Part shown: positions 9,603 to 18,375 of the stretch, piece after piece | Numbering within the stretch: position 1 is the first letter of the stretch | Layout of the letters: every line of letters begins with the position of its first letter | Notes under the pieces: generated by a model | Told to the model about the DNA's origin: nothing | The model's input: only the letters and a program-made list of their open reading frames with translations | Database searches by the model: none | Position numbers and translations under genes: made by a program | Source: Trueperaceae bacterium | GTDB lineage: Bacteria; Deinococcota; Deinococci; Deinococcales; Trueperaceae | Reading direction: 5' to 3' | DNA: 64,000 nucleotides | Assembly (NCBI GenBank): GCA_965215565.1 | Contig: CBDCDZ010000004.1 | Span: forward strand, 256,001-320,000

Positions 9603-10442
9603 TTACAAGGTGGCGAGCGCGAATAGCACGAAGTAATTTGTGAACATCCGCACGTAGGAACGCCGCGTGGTCAGCCAAGACGCCCGCATCTGCGGCGTGA
9701 CCACTTTGCCTCTTCTCTTGAGACTCGTCTCGGTCAATCGGACTGACAGCGCGATGACGAAACCTTGCAGATAGAGAGCGATAACGCCGCTGAGAAGCGC
9801 GAGGACAAACGACATGACGAGGTCGTATATGGAGACCTCAACCGTGCGCAGCTTCAGGGCTTCACTAGCCGTTAGCTGCAGAAACAGGTCCCCGCTCACT
9901 TGCGTCAGTAAGCTGGCTCCTACGGAGAATAGTGCGAGCACGCAAGCGTACATGGCGCAGAACTGGAGCCGTTTCCGCAGCGGTACTCGCTCCCCGTCAG
10001 GGCGTGAGAGGCTCGAGGTATATGCAAAATCTCCGCCTACTTTAAGAGGACCCCTGACGACCTCGAGGACGACGAGTGCGGTTGGCCAATCCTCAAGAAA
10101 AGGGATGAAGAACTGGAACATCCAGCCTACAAGGAGGGTGCTGCCGATGTTTTTCAGCAGCGTCTTTGCGCCCTCGGCTGTTTCCCACCGGGGTGAGAAT
10201 GGGCTGTGCGGCGGATGCGCCGTCTGTTCTTCAAGTTGCTCGGTCTGCTCCGCTTCTATACCTGCTCGAAAGCCTTGCCTATAGGCTTGGTCTTTCGCCC
10301 GCTCCAAGTCCCGCTGCAAGAGCAAGCGGCAGGCGTGGAGGTCTGCGCTGGTGAGATTTGCGGGGGCGACTGAGGGGCTCCCTACATCGCTCATCAAAAA
10401 GTCAAGTAGCTCTTTTCCGTTTTGTCGATTGTCATAGTTCAT
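9603..10442 (-). CDS. hypothetical membrane protein
   Basis: 279 aa with several hydrophobic segments; TAATCT -10-like box 5 nt before the ATG; no family recognised. Confidence 0.7.
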   Translation of the reverse strand: MNYDNRQNGKELLDFLMSDVGSPSVAPANLTSADLHACRLLLQRDLERAKDQAYRQGFRAGIEAEQTEQLEEQTAHPPHSPFSPRWETAEGAKTLLKNIGSTLLVGWMFQFFIPFLEDWPTALVVLEVVRGPLKVGGDFAYTSSLSRPDGERVPLRKRLQFCAMYACVLALFSVGASLLTQVSGDLFLQLTASEALKLRTVEVSIYDLVMSFVLALLSGVIALYLQGFVIALSVRLTETSLKRRGKVVTPQMRASWLTTRRSYVRMFTNYFVLFALATL

Positions 10443-10800
10443 GGCAAAGATTAAGTAAACGCCACCCCTAAATTAGCTTATTTTCGTCAGGGACGTGCAA
10501 GTAGAGACCGAACAAGGAGCTAAACGCGGAGGTGAAAGAGGAGAGGGACTGTATCTTTTTAGGCAACGCGCCCCTCTAGTTGTGCATTTCGCTGTCCTAA
10601 GCCCCTTAGAAGAGGTTAGATACCTCTTCAATCCGCAATTTAAGGTCTGAGTCTTGGGCATCTTGATAGCTTCCAACTATCGGAACGCTGTTCAACTAGC
10701 GTGTTAAGAAAATCACGGACCTTTCGCGGTGTTAGGCTGACTAAGCCCAGTGTAGAGGGGCAAAGGACAATGATAATTTAGGCTCCCCTCAGGGAGCAGG

Positions 10801-12837
10801 ATGAAAAAAATGTTGAGGAAAATCGCCGGTCTAGGGCTTGCCCTAGGCCTTGCTTTTACAGGTGCTGCCGTCAGCCCTGTAAAAGCAGTAGAAGAAGAGG
10901 TGCGCTCCGAGCGCATCTCACCCGTTCTCACTGAGAACGCCGCCAGCGCCGACGCTGGCAAAAAAGAAAAAGAGGTTGCGCCAGTCGCGCCTCTCGAAGG
11001 AGCCTTCTCCTTCGTACCCTTCAGTGGCAACACTGAAGCTGCTAGCGCCGACGCTAGCGAAGAAAAGAAAGAAGAGGTTGCACAAAGTGCGCCTCAAGCT
11101 CTCGGCGGCGAGAGCGAAGCGGCTGCACCAGCAGCCATGAATAATTGCGTCCCGTTCAAGCGGGTACGCTGTCATTCAAACGCGCCACCTGGCGCGGAAC
11201 CGGTAGTAGCGGGCCGTCCCGCTGCGCAAAATGTCGCTCATGACCCCCGGTCTGAGCGATTGGTAGGTAGAGGTGTTGACACCTCGAGCCTAGACAAGGC
11301 TTGGAAAAGGATTCATCAAGGGGCGGACATCAATATGTCGCCCCTTAATGACTATTGGAAGAGGCGACAGGAGGAAATCGCCCCTCCCCCCACCTCTTCG
11401 GAGGTGACGCCTTTACCAAAGGTGGAAACTGAGGCGCAACCTCACGCTCCGCCAGAGGGCAATAACCAAGCCGAGATCGACTCGGCACCGTCCAACCGCG
11501 AAAGGGTTGGAATAGAAAAAACCTCAACGGATGTTGAGGGAGGGGCACAAAATCAGGAGGAACCCGCCTCTCCTGCAATTGAAGTTGAACTTGATGAAGA
11601 GGTCATTGAAATACCGGAGGAGCCGACCTCTTCATCTGTCCAAAATGAATCAGAATCTGTGCAAATACAAGCACAGGAGGAACCAACTAAGACAGGTTCT
11701 GATTCTGTCACCGAGGGTGACAACCTTACAGACGAAGATGCGCAGGTTGAAGCGTCCGAATCTGTAGTTGAAGAAAATGTAGTACAAACACAGGAGGAAT
11801 CCGTAGATGAAGCGTCGGGAGGAAACGCCGGCCTAGAAGACAATGTTTCCACAAACGAGAGCGGAAATGCAGAGTCGCTCGAGTCACAAGAAAACCTAGA
11901 GGTACAGGAGATCTCCAACGAAGCGTCAGAGTCTGGGAAGGCTGACGCGGATTTAGAAGAAACTATTCCCGCAGACGAGAGCAACATCGGTGCAGATGAT
12001 GGGCTCGAGTCACAAGAAAACTTAGGAGTGCAGGAGACTCCCAATAACGAAGCGCCAGGGGACGGGAACCTTGACGCGGATTTAGAGGAAACGATTCCCG
12101 CCGACGAGAGTGAGATCGATGATGAACCGCTCGAGTCGGTTGAAGAAGTTGAAGAGGGTGGCCCCCCGGAAATTTCGACAAGTTTAGGATTCACCGGCGT
12201 CGGTGACGAAGAGGAAACCCCCACGTTTGATGTGGGCGTTGGCTTCGTCCAAGATGATTTCGGTGTTGAAACGATCATCAAAACCCCTGTCGGCGGGGGT
12301 GAAACAGCCGTAGACGCAGAAGTTACGCTACCTTTTTCTGAGATAACGTCTGTCAGCTTAAAAGCTGAAGACCTTCTCTCGGAAGGTAGCACCATTACTG
12401 CCAGTGCAGATATTCAAGTGTTGCCAAACTTGATCGTCAGCCCTGGCATCGAAAAATCCTCTGACGAGGCGCTCAAGACCAACCTGAGTGCAGCGTTACA
12501 GGCGACAGAAAATTTGGCTCTAGCCTTTGATATTGAAAACGTCGCAGCAGAACCCGTTTTCAATATCGAAAGTAACCTCGTGCTTGGCGAGCATGAGGTG
12601 GTAGCTAGAATCAAAGACGTGTCCAAAGCAGCACGGACATTCGATCTGGAGGGCTCTATCCAGGTTGTCGAATGGGCAAGAGCCCGCGTCAAATTCGAGA
12701 GCATTTTCAGTAGTCCAGTCGTAGGACTTGGGGCTGACCTTCAACTCACTCGCAGCACCGAGTTGAATGTCGGCGTCAACGACGCCTTTGGGTCCCAGAC
12801 CTACGACGCGAAAATTAAGTACACGTTTGGCTTGTAG
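10801..12837 (+). CDS. secreted acidic protein with probable C-terminal outer-membrane beta-barrel
   Basis: Signal peptide; long Glu-rich disordered region with an internal duplication of about 42 aa (LESQENL..DADLEETIPADES x2); C-terminal ~220 aa of amphipathic beta-hairpins ending IKYTFGL; GGAG RBS and TGATAAT upstream. Confidence 0.75.
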   Translation: MKKMLRKIAGLGLALGLAFTGAAVSPVKAVEEEVRSERISPVLTENAASADAGKKEKEVAPVAPLEGAFSFVPFSGNTEAASADASEEKKEEVAQSAPQALGGESEAAAPAAMNNCVPFKRVRCHSNAPPGAEPVVAGRPAAQNVAHDPRSERLVGRGVDTSSLDKAWKRIHQGADINMSPLNDYWKRRQEEIAPPPTSSEVTPLPKVETEAQPHAPPEGNNQAEIDSAPSNRERVGIEKTSTDVEGGAQNQEEPASPAIEVELDEEVIEIPEEPTSSSVQNESESVQIQAQEEPTKTGSDSVTEGDNLTDEDAQVEASESVVEENVVQTQEESVDEASGGNAGLEDNVSTNESGNAESLESQENLEVQEISNEASESGKADADLEETIPADESNIGADDGLESQENLGVQETPNNEAPGDGNLDADLEETIPADESEIDDEPLESVEEVEEGGPPEISTSLGFTGVGDEEETPTFDVGVGFVQDDFGVETIIKTPVGGGETAVDAEVTLPFSEITSVSLKAEDLLSEGSTITASADIQVLPNLIVSPGIEKSSDEALKTNLSAALQATENLALAFDIENVAAEPVFNIESNLVLGEHEVVARIKDVSKAARTFDLEGSIQVVEWARARVKFESIFSSPVVGLGADLQLTRSTELNVGVNDAFGSQTYDAKIKYTFGL

Positions 12838-13312
12838 GGTTCGATCTCGAGCGGGTTAGCTACCGCTCGAGATCAGCTAAAAGCCAGCGTCTACTCGTCC
12901 TATCGCAGCACGGGCAGTAGACGAGACGACGTGTATCCTGAGGGGAGTGTCGCACTTTATGAGGTTACTCAAACGGTAATCTCGCTAGCATTCGCAGCAC
13001 GCTAGCTTAAAGTGTGACGAATCAATTTCAAGGTGTCAGACCCTGCCGAACCCTGCCGCCAAGGTAGGGAGTCATCTGTTTTTGTCTAACAGATAGTCTA
13101 GGGGAAGGCTGACCCGGCGTGCAGTTATGCACGCCGCCGAGCGAAAAAACGACGTGGGTACTTTGTACGTATCTGCGTTGCTGACGATGCCGAACTGTTT
13201 AGTGTTTTGTTTACACTAAATGGTCTTGGGTGATCCGGCGCGAAACTTGAAGTTTAATTTCAAAACCCTCTCTCGAGGTCAACCAGAACCCCTCCAAGGT
13301 TCTGGTTTTTTC
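12838..13312 (+). ncRNA. candidate structured 3'-trailer RNA with GCAGCAC loops
   Basis: Stems 12843-12874 and 12888-12923, a 3-way junction closed by GTCGCACTTTA/TAAAGTGTGAC, and CGGCGTGCA/TGCACGCCG; ends in terminator AACCAGAACC-CCTCCAA-GGTTCTGGTT-TTTT. Confidence 0.55.
13281..13312 (+). terminator. intrinsic terminator
   Basis: 10-bp stem followed by a T-run. Confidence 0.85.
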
Positions 13313-13339
13313 TTGCCGCTACCTTGAGTAGGTATTAGA

Positions 13340-13804
13340 TAGCAGGTATCATCTGGTCAGAGACACTCTCACTCTACAAAACAATGTCTAGCACGCACTT
13401 TGAAGGATGATACCTGCGCTCATCCGTCTCAGTATGTTTTGGAACTGCCAAAAGTCTGTCTCACTACGTTCGGAGCTGGTTTGAGTGTACTAGCAGGTAT
13501 CATATGGTCAGTTACACTCTCACCAAAAAGAACATCGCCTAGCACGCACTTTCAGGGATGAAGTTCCGCAACGGCAGGGTGGCCTGCCCGTAACGCTAGT
13601 TCTTCGAACTGAGATCTGCGGAGAAGTGTTGCTTCGCATGACTTCGTCCAAGCAACGATAAGTGGAAGTGCTATACGCAATCTTGTGAAGCAATACTCTC
13701 ACTGTAGAAAATACTGCTCAGCACGCACATTATGAGATGAAATTCCGCTAGTCCTTACGGACAGAGACCTGCGGCACTCCGTCTCAATATACGGATACCT
13801 GCTA
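13340..13804 (+). mobile_element. cluster of three MITE-like repeat copies (TAGCAGGTATCA family)
   Basis: Copies at about 13340-13448, 13491-13673 and 13690-13804 share CACTCTCAC..AGCACGCAC..GATGAA..GAGATCTGCG..GGAACTGC with the other copies in the window. Confidence 0.85.
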
Positions 13805-13937
13805 AATCTTATAGAATGCTTACAAATCACCGTGTGCTCTCTTTTCGTTACACTACTATGTATCAGAGTTCGGCGAAGCGTTCCTCTGCTGGACGTCAAT
13901 TCAGAGGTGCTGGCAGCCGCCTTATGAGGAGAAGAAA

Positions 13938-16265
13938 ATGCGATATTCGTTTGATCAGATGCGCAGCTTGCGCCTTTTGCTAACCTTTTTGCTGGGGTGT
14001 CTCGTATCAACGTACGGCTCAGCGCAGGTGGGCGAAAATCTCCTCCAAAACGCTAGCTTTGAAGGCGAGATTGGTTGGAATTTGGGAGTGGACGCTACTG
14101 CGCAAGCGAGCGGCGGCGTGGAGAGCGGCGCTTACTGCGCGGCGGTGGAGCGCGGTGGGGATGAGCCCTGGAGCGTCGCCCTGCGGCAAGACGACTTCGC
14201 GCTGACGAGCGGTCTCTACACGCTTAGCTTCAGCGCCTACAGTGCAGCCGAAGTTGACGCTAAGGTGGGCGTTAAGGTAGGTCAGGCGCAAGCGCCTTAC
14301 ACCGAATACTTTTACCAAGAGCGAACCGTACCAGGTGAGTCTACGCTCTACAGCTTCGAGGCTGAAATTTTCGTCGACGAACCCGATGCGCAGCTCGAGC
14401 TGTTTTTAGGTGGCTCCCTCGGCAACGAGGGCGCAGCGCTCTGCTTCGACGACGTCGTGCTGAGCAGGCTCGCGGCGGAAGAGCGCACTCGCGAGTTCCC
14501 TTACATCATGGTGGATCAGTTCGGCTATCGCCCGGTTGACCCGAAAGTCGCTGTGCTCGTCGATCCGCAAAGGGGCTTTAACGCGGACGACACGTACGTG
14601 CCGGGTGAATGGCTCGAGCTGCGCCGCGCCGACGACGAGCGCGTGGTCTTCCGAGCCGCGCCGACGCCGTGGCGAGAGGGCGACGTGCAGTCTACTTCGG
14701 GCGACAGAGGTTGGTGGCTCGACTTCAGCGAGGTCACGGAGCCGGGCAGCTACATCCTCTATGACCCCGACAACGAGGTACGCTCGTATCCTTTCGACAT
14801 CGCTGAGGATGTCTACCACGAGCCCTTCAAGGCGGCGGTGCGCATGTTCTACTACAACCGCGCCAACCTCGCCAAGGTAGAGCCCTACGCCGACCCGCGC
14901 TGGCGCGACGGACCGTCTTTTATGGGACCCGGACAGGATACCGAGGCGCGTTTCGTCGAGGATAAAGCGAACGTTTACACAGCGCGCGACCTCTCGGGCG
15001 GTTGGTTCGACGCGGGCGACTACAACAAATACGTGACCTTCGCCCACGCGCCGGTACACATGCTGCTCAGCGCGTATGAGCAAAACCGCGAGGTGTTCAC
15101 CGACGACTTTGACCTGCCCGAGTCGGGCAACGGTGTTCCTGACCTCATCGACGAACTCAAGTGGGAGTTCGACTGGCTCAAGAAGATGCAAGTCGCTGAG
15201 GGCGGGGTAATTATCAAAGTGGGCAATATCAACTTTAACGCGGTGTCGCCGCCGAGCGAGGACCCGCGCCCACGCTTTTACGGACCGCTCTGCTCTTCGT
15301 CTACCATTGCGGCGGCTAGCATGTTCGCCCACGGCGCGCTCGTCCTCCGCGACGTTGCGCCGCTCGCCGAGTACGCCGCAGACCTAGAGCGGCGTGCGGT
15401 GCGGGCGTGGCGCTGGTACGAAAAGAACCCCAAACGCGAGGACTGCGACACCCAAGAGATCAAAGCGGGGGACGCAGATCGCTCGCTCGCCGAGCAAGAC
15501 GCGATCCAAGCGGTGGCGGCGGTCTACCTCTTCGCCCTGACAGGCGAGCCGCACTACCAAGACACGCTCATGGAGACCTACGCCAGCACGCGCCCCTTCG
15601 CCGACGCCGCGCCGCGGTGGTCTATGTACAACCCCGCCGAGGGGGACGCGCTGCTCTACTACACCACCTTGAATGGGGCTGACCGCGCCCTGCAGCAGCG
15701 CGTCCGCGAGGCGAAAGTCGGCGGCGCTTACGGCGCGTCTAGAGCCATCTACCAATTCAAGGAGGTGCAAGACCTCTACCGCGCCTACCTGCCGGAGGAG
15801 TCTTACCACTGGGGCAGCAACTACGTGCGTTCGGCGCTCGGCAATACCAACTTAGACATGCTGCACTACAGTCTCGACATCGGGGCGCACCCCCTTTACG
15901 AAGCGAAGGCACTGGGCATCGTGCACTACCTACATGGTGTCAACCCGCTCAACCTGGTTTATCTGACCAACATGGCTGAATTTGGCGCGGAGCGCTCCGC
16001 GAGCCAGATGTGGCACGACTGGTTCGCTGACGGTACGGTCTGGGACGACGCTTTAACGAGCGAGCGCGGACCCGCGCCGGGTTATATAACAGGTGGACCC
16101 AACGCAGCTTACTCGGGTCAAGCCGCGCCGCCTGCAGGCGAGCCCGCGCAAAAGGCCTACCGAGACTGGAACTCAAACTCGGGTCAACCGTGGGAGATTA
16201 CCGAACCCGCCATCTACTATCAAGCTGCCTACGTGAGACTACTTGCGAACTTCTTGGCGCGCTGA
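13938..16265 (+). CDS. glycoside hydrolase family 9 (CBM4 + Ig-like + GH9) secreted endoglucanase
   Basis: Signal peptide; CBM4; IMVDQFGY.P..PKVAV Ig-like N-domain; DLSGGWFDAGDYNKY; C-terminal EPAIYYQAAY; GAGGAG RBS. Confidence 0.93.
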   Translation: MRYSFDQMRSLRLLLTFLLGCLVSTYGSAQVGENLLQNASFEGEIGWNLGVDATAQASGGVESGAYCAAVERGGDEPWSVALRQDDFALTSGLYTLSFSAYSAAEVDAKVGVKVGQAQAPYTEYFYQERTVPGESTLYSFEAEIFVDEPDAQLELFLGGSLGNEGAALCFDDVVLSRLAAEERTREFPYIMVDQFGYRPVDPKVAVLVDPQRGFNADDTYVPGEWLELRRADDERVVFRAAPTPWREGDVQSTSGDRGWWLDFSEVTEPGSYILYDPDNEVRSYPFDIAEDVYHEPFKAAVRMFYYNRANLAKVEPYADPRWRDGPSFMGPGQDTEARFVEDKANVYTARDLSGGWFDAGDYNKYVTFAHAPVHMLLSAYEQNREVFTDDFDLPESGNGVPDLIDELKWEFDWLKKMQVAEGGVIIKVGNINFNAVSPPSEDPRPRFYGPLCSSSTIAAASMFAHGALVLRDVAPLAEYAADLERRAVRAWRWYEKNPKREDCDTQEIKAGDADRSLAEQDAIQAVAAVYLFALTGEPHYQDTLMETYASTRPFADAAPRWSMYNPAEGDALLYYTTLNGADRALQQRVREAKVGGAYGASRAIYQFKEVQDLYRAYLPEESYHWGSNYVRSALGNTNLDMLHYSLDIGAHPLYEAKALGIVHYLHGVNPLNLVYLTNMAEFGAERSASQMWHDWFADGTVWDDALTSERGPAPGYITGGPNAAYSGQAAPPAGEPAQKAYRDWNSNSGQPWEITEPAIYYQAAYVRLLANFLAR

Positions 16266-16305
16266 CGGTTGACGCTCGAGACATACGCCGAGCCTATCCA
16301 AAGGA

Positions 16306-16331
16306 AAACGCCAGCGTTTAGGCTGGCGTTT
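16306..16331. terminator. bidirectional terminator hairpin between convergent genes
   Basis: AAACGCCAGC-GTTTAG-GCTGGCGTTT. Confidence 0.75.
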
Positions 16332-16348
16332 AAGACCGTAAGGGGTAA

Positions 16349-16714
16349 TTACGGTTTGTAAAAAGCTCTTAACCGGGCAACAGTCTGAAGTTGACGGAGC
16401 TGCCAAGTCGAGACTTCTCGGAACGCCTCGAGCCGAGCCTCAGTACAAAGCCGGAGCATCGCGAGTTCTCGGCGGTGCTCGCCTCCCCTGTCGGAGAGGT
16501 CAGCCTCGGCGTGCCGCTCCAACTCCCCGATGACCCGTAGCTGCACTGCCACGAGGTCAACGTCGAACGTGCCGAAAAGCTCGCGGCTACTGCCCTCCAT
16601 AAAGCAGTAGCACTGAGCGTCTGAAAACGGCTTGAGCTGCTCAGTACTTTCCAAGGTGAGCGCATCTTTCAACCTCAGCAGTTCTCCTCTGAGACCTTCG
16701 TATGGTTGTCTCAT
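16349..16714 (-). CDS. hypothetical protein
   Basis: 121-aa helical-looking ORF ending next to the terminator; no family recognised. Confidence 0.55.
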   Translation of the reverse strand: MRQPYEGLRGELLRLKDALTLESTEQLKPFSDAQCYCFMEGSSRELFGTFDVDLVAVQLRVIGELERHAEADLSDRGGEHRRELAMLRLCTEARLEAFREVSTWQLRQLQTVARLRAFYKP

Positions 16715-17078
16715 GACGTTATACCGATAGTAATACTGAACTGAAAGAATGATGGCGTAAATTGAGAGCGTCTGAGGGTACGCGCTGAGAAGCCCTTAGC
16801 CAGAGGTCTAGCGGGAGCGGGACCACGCGACTGCATCTTTGAATCAACGCGCGTCGATAACGGCATAACACGCCCAGCTAAAGGCTCTTTTCCGCGCGGT
16901 TTAGATGTCAAAAGTACGATATCTAAACTTCACTTTAGTATAACAATCACGTTTAGCTTAACCTCTTGCGCGGCGCTTAAAGAAATTTAGGCAGCGCCGT
17001 CGCGCAGCCTAGCAACCTTGTCCGTTGACTTAACCCCACTCGCACGCTGAGCGCTTGCTATGCTCAGCATCAAGAACC

Positions 17079-18078
17079 ATGCACCGCAAGCGGTTCTTAG
17101 AAAAGAAACTGCGGGGAAAGGAGGTCATCCTGAACGCTCTACGCATCTCGTTCGAAAAAACCAGCCCTTTGCCGTGGTTTCTGTCACTGCAAACTCTACA
17201 AAAGAAAAGAATGACAGACACCAACAGAAAGTTCGCTGAGCGTGTGGCTCAGCTCGAAAGAAGACGCGCACAGAACGAAGCGCGCGCAAAAGAATATACG
17301 CCGTCAGGGAGCAAAGCGTTTTGCTCAGAGAGCGCGAGTTAGAGTCGCGTCTCGAGGCGTGCGACATCGTGCTCACGGGCGATGAGCGCGAGCTTAATAA
17401 ATGTGAGACAAGACTCCTTATTCTGGAGCAAGAGCTTCAGAGTAAAGAAGAGGTTGTCGCCGAGTTGGAGAAGCGCATCGTGCGCCCTTCAGATTCGGAA
17501 GCGCCTTCACTGAGCAAACTGGAAGCTCGAGAAGCGCAAGTAGATGAGGCTGATGCGCGCGTTAGTCAACTCGAAAAGGCGCTCTCTAGGCGAGACGTTG
17601 TCTCCGACGCGCCGCATGTCGAGATAGAGGCAGCGCCAGCCCTGCCGGAACAGGAGCTTAACGTCAGCTCCGCTGACGATCCTTGGAAAGCGCCTGAAGG
17701 CGCTCAAGCTGGAGCGCAACCGAGTGCTCTAAGCCCTTCAGAAGAGGCTGAAGCGCCCGAAGTCGAAGAGGCTGAACAGGCTCCGCCTGAAACGCCCGAA
17801 GAAGCCGAACGTGCAGAACGCGCACGTGACCGGGCTAAAAAGGTCCTGGGATACCTACGTGGTTATGGACGACTGCAGGGTTCGCCGGAATCCTCAGCTA
17901 CATCATAGTTCTTAGCCTCGCTTTCGCGCCGGCTCCATACACCCCTTCGTGGGGACCTGCCGTCCGCTACTTCTTCGAGGGCGATCAGCAGAAAAAGCTG
18001 GAGGAAATCCAGAAGCGAAATGCCGAGCTGGAAAAATTGAAAGAAGAGAAGGAGCGTCAGGAGGACCCCACCCGCTAG
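17079..18078 (+). pseudogene. coiled-coil/acidic membrane-anchored protein split by two -1 frameshifts
   Basis: Three consecutive frames join if one A is added at the A4 run 17288-17291 and at the A5 run 17837-17841. The last segment, KGPGIPTWLWTTAGFAGILSYIIVLSLAFAP...EDPTR*, is a TM helix plus coiled coil. Start is 17079 or 17211. Confidence 0.65.
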
Positions 18079-18375
18079 AACTTTGACAGTTCGTTAGATG
18101 AGATACCTCGAGCATCCCTTCCCTACGCTGCACTTAGGGAAAATGAGCGCCGCTGCACTCTGCGCTTCTCTTGTGAGCCTCGAGGTTGAGAAGAGGACTT
18201 CTTGGTGAGCACTGCTGCACCGCTCCACCCAGGAAACCGCCTCTACGCTCGTCCGCTCTACGGGCGAGTATCTCTTGGGTCAACGCATCTTCTACATGTG
18301 TTGACCGCGTTTACGGGTGAGAAACCATCCTTTTCTCACTTCTGAATAGACCCCGACTGGGGTCTATTTTTTTTG
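18079..18375 (+). ncRNA. candidate structured 3'-trailer RNA with three GCTGCAC loops
   Basis: Hairpins TTCCCTA-CGCTGCACT-TAGGGAA, GAGCGC-CGCTGCACTCT-GCGCTT and GAGC-ACTGCTGCACC-GCTC; enclosing helices ACCTCGAG/CTCGAGGT or GAGATAC/GTATCTC; ends in a terminator. Confidence 0.6.
18346..18374. terminator. intrinsic terminator (possibly bidirectional)
   Basis: AATAGACCCC-GACT-GGGGTCTATT-TTTTTT. Confidence 0.88.

Noticed and set aside
11553..12395. Long antisense ORFs (also 14406..15332, 7921..8667, 59190..59768 and others)
   Set aside because: Shadow frames opposite well-supported genes, as expected in high-GC DNA.
13340..13804. CRISPR array suggested by recurring repeats
   Set aside because: The repeats are long, degenerate and dispersed, without unique regular spacers, and no cas genes are present.
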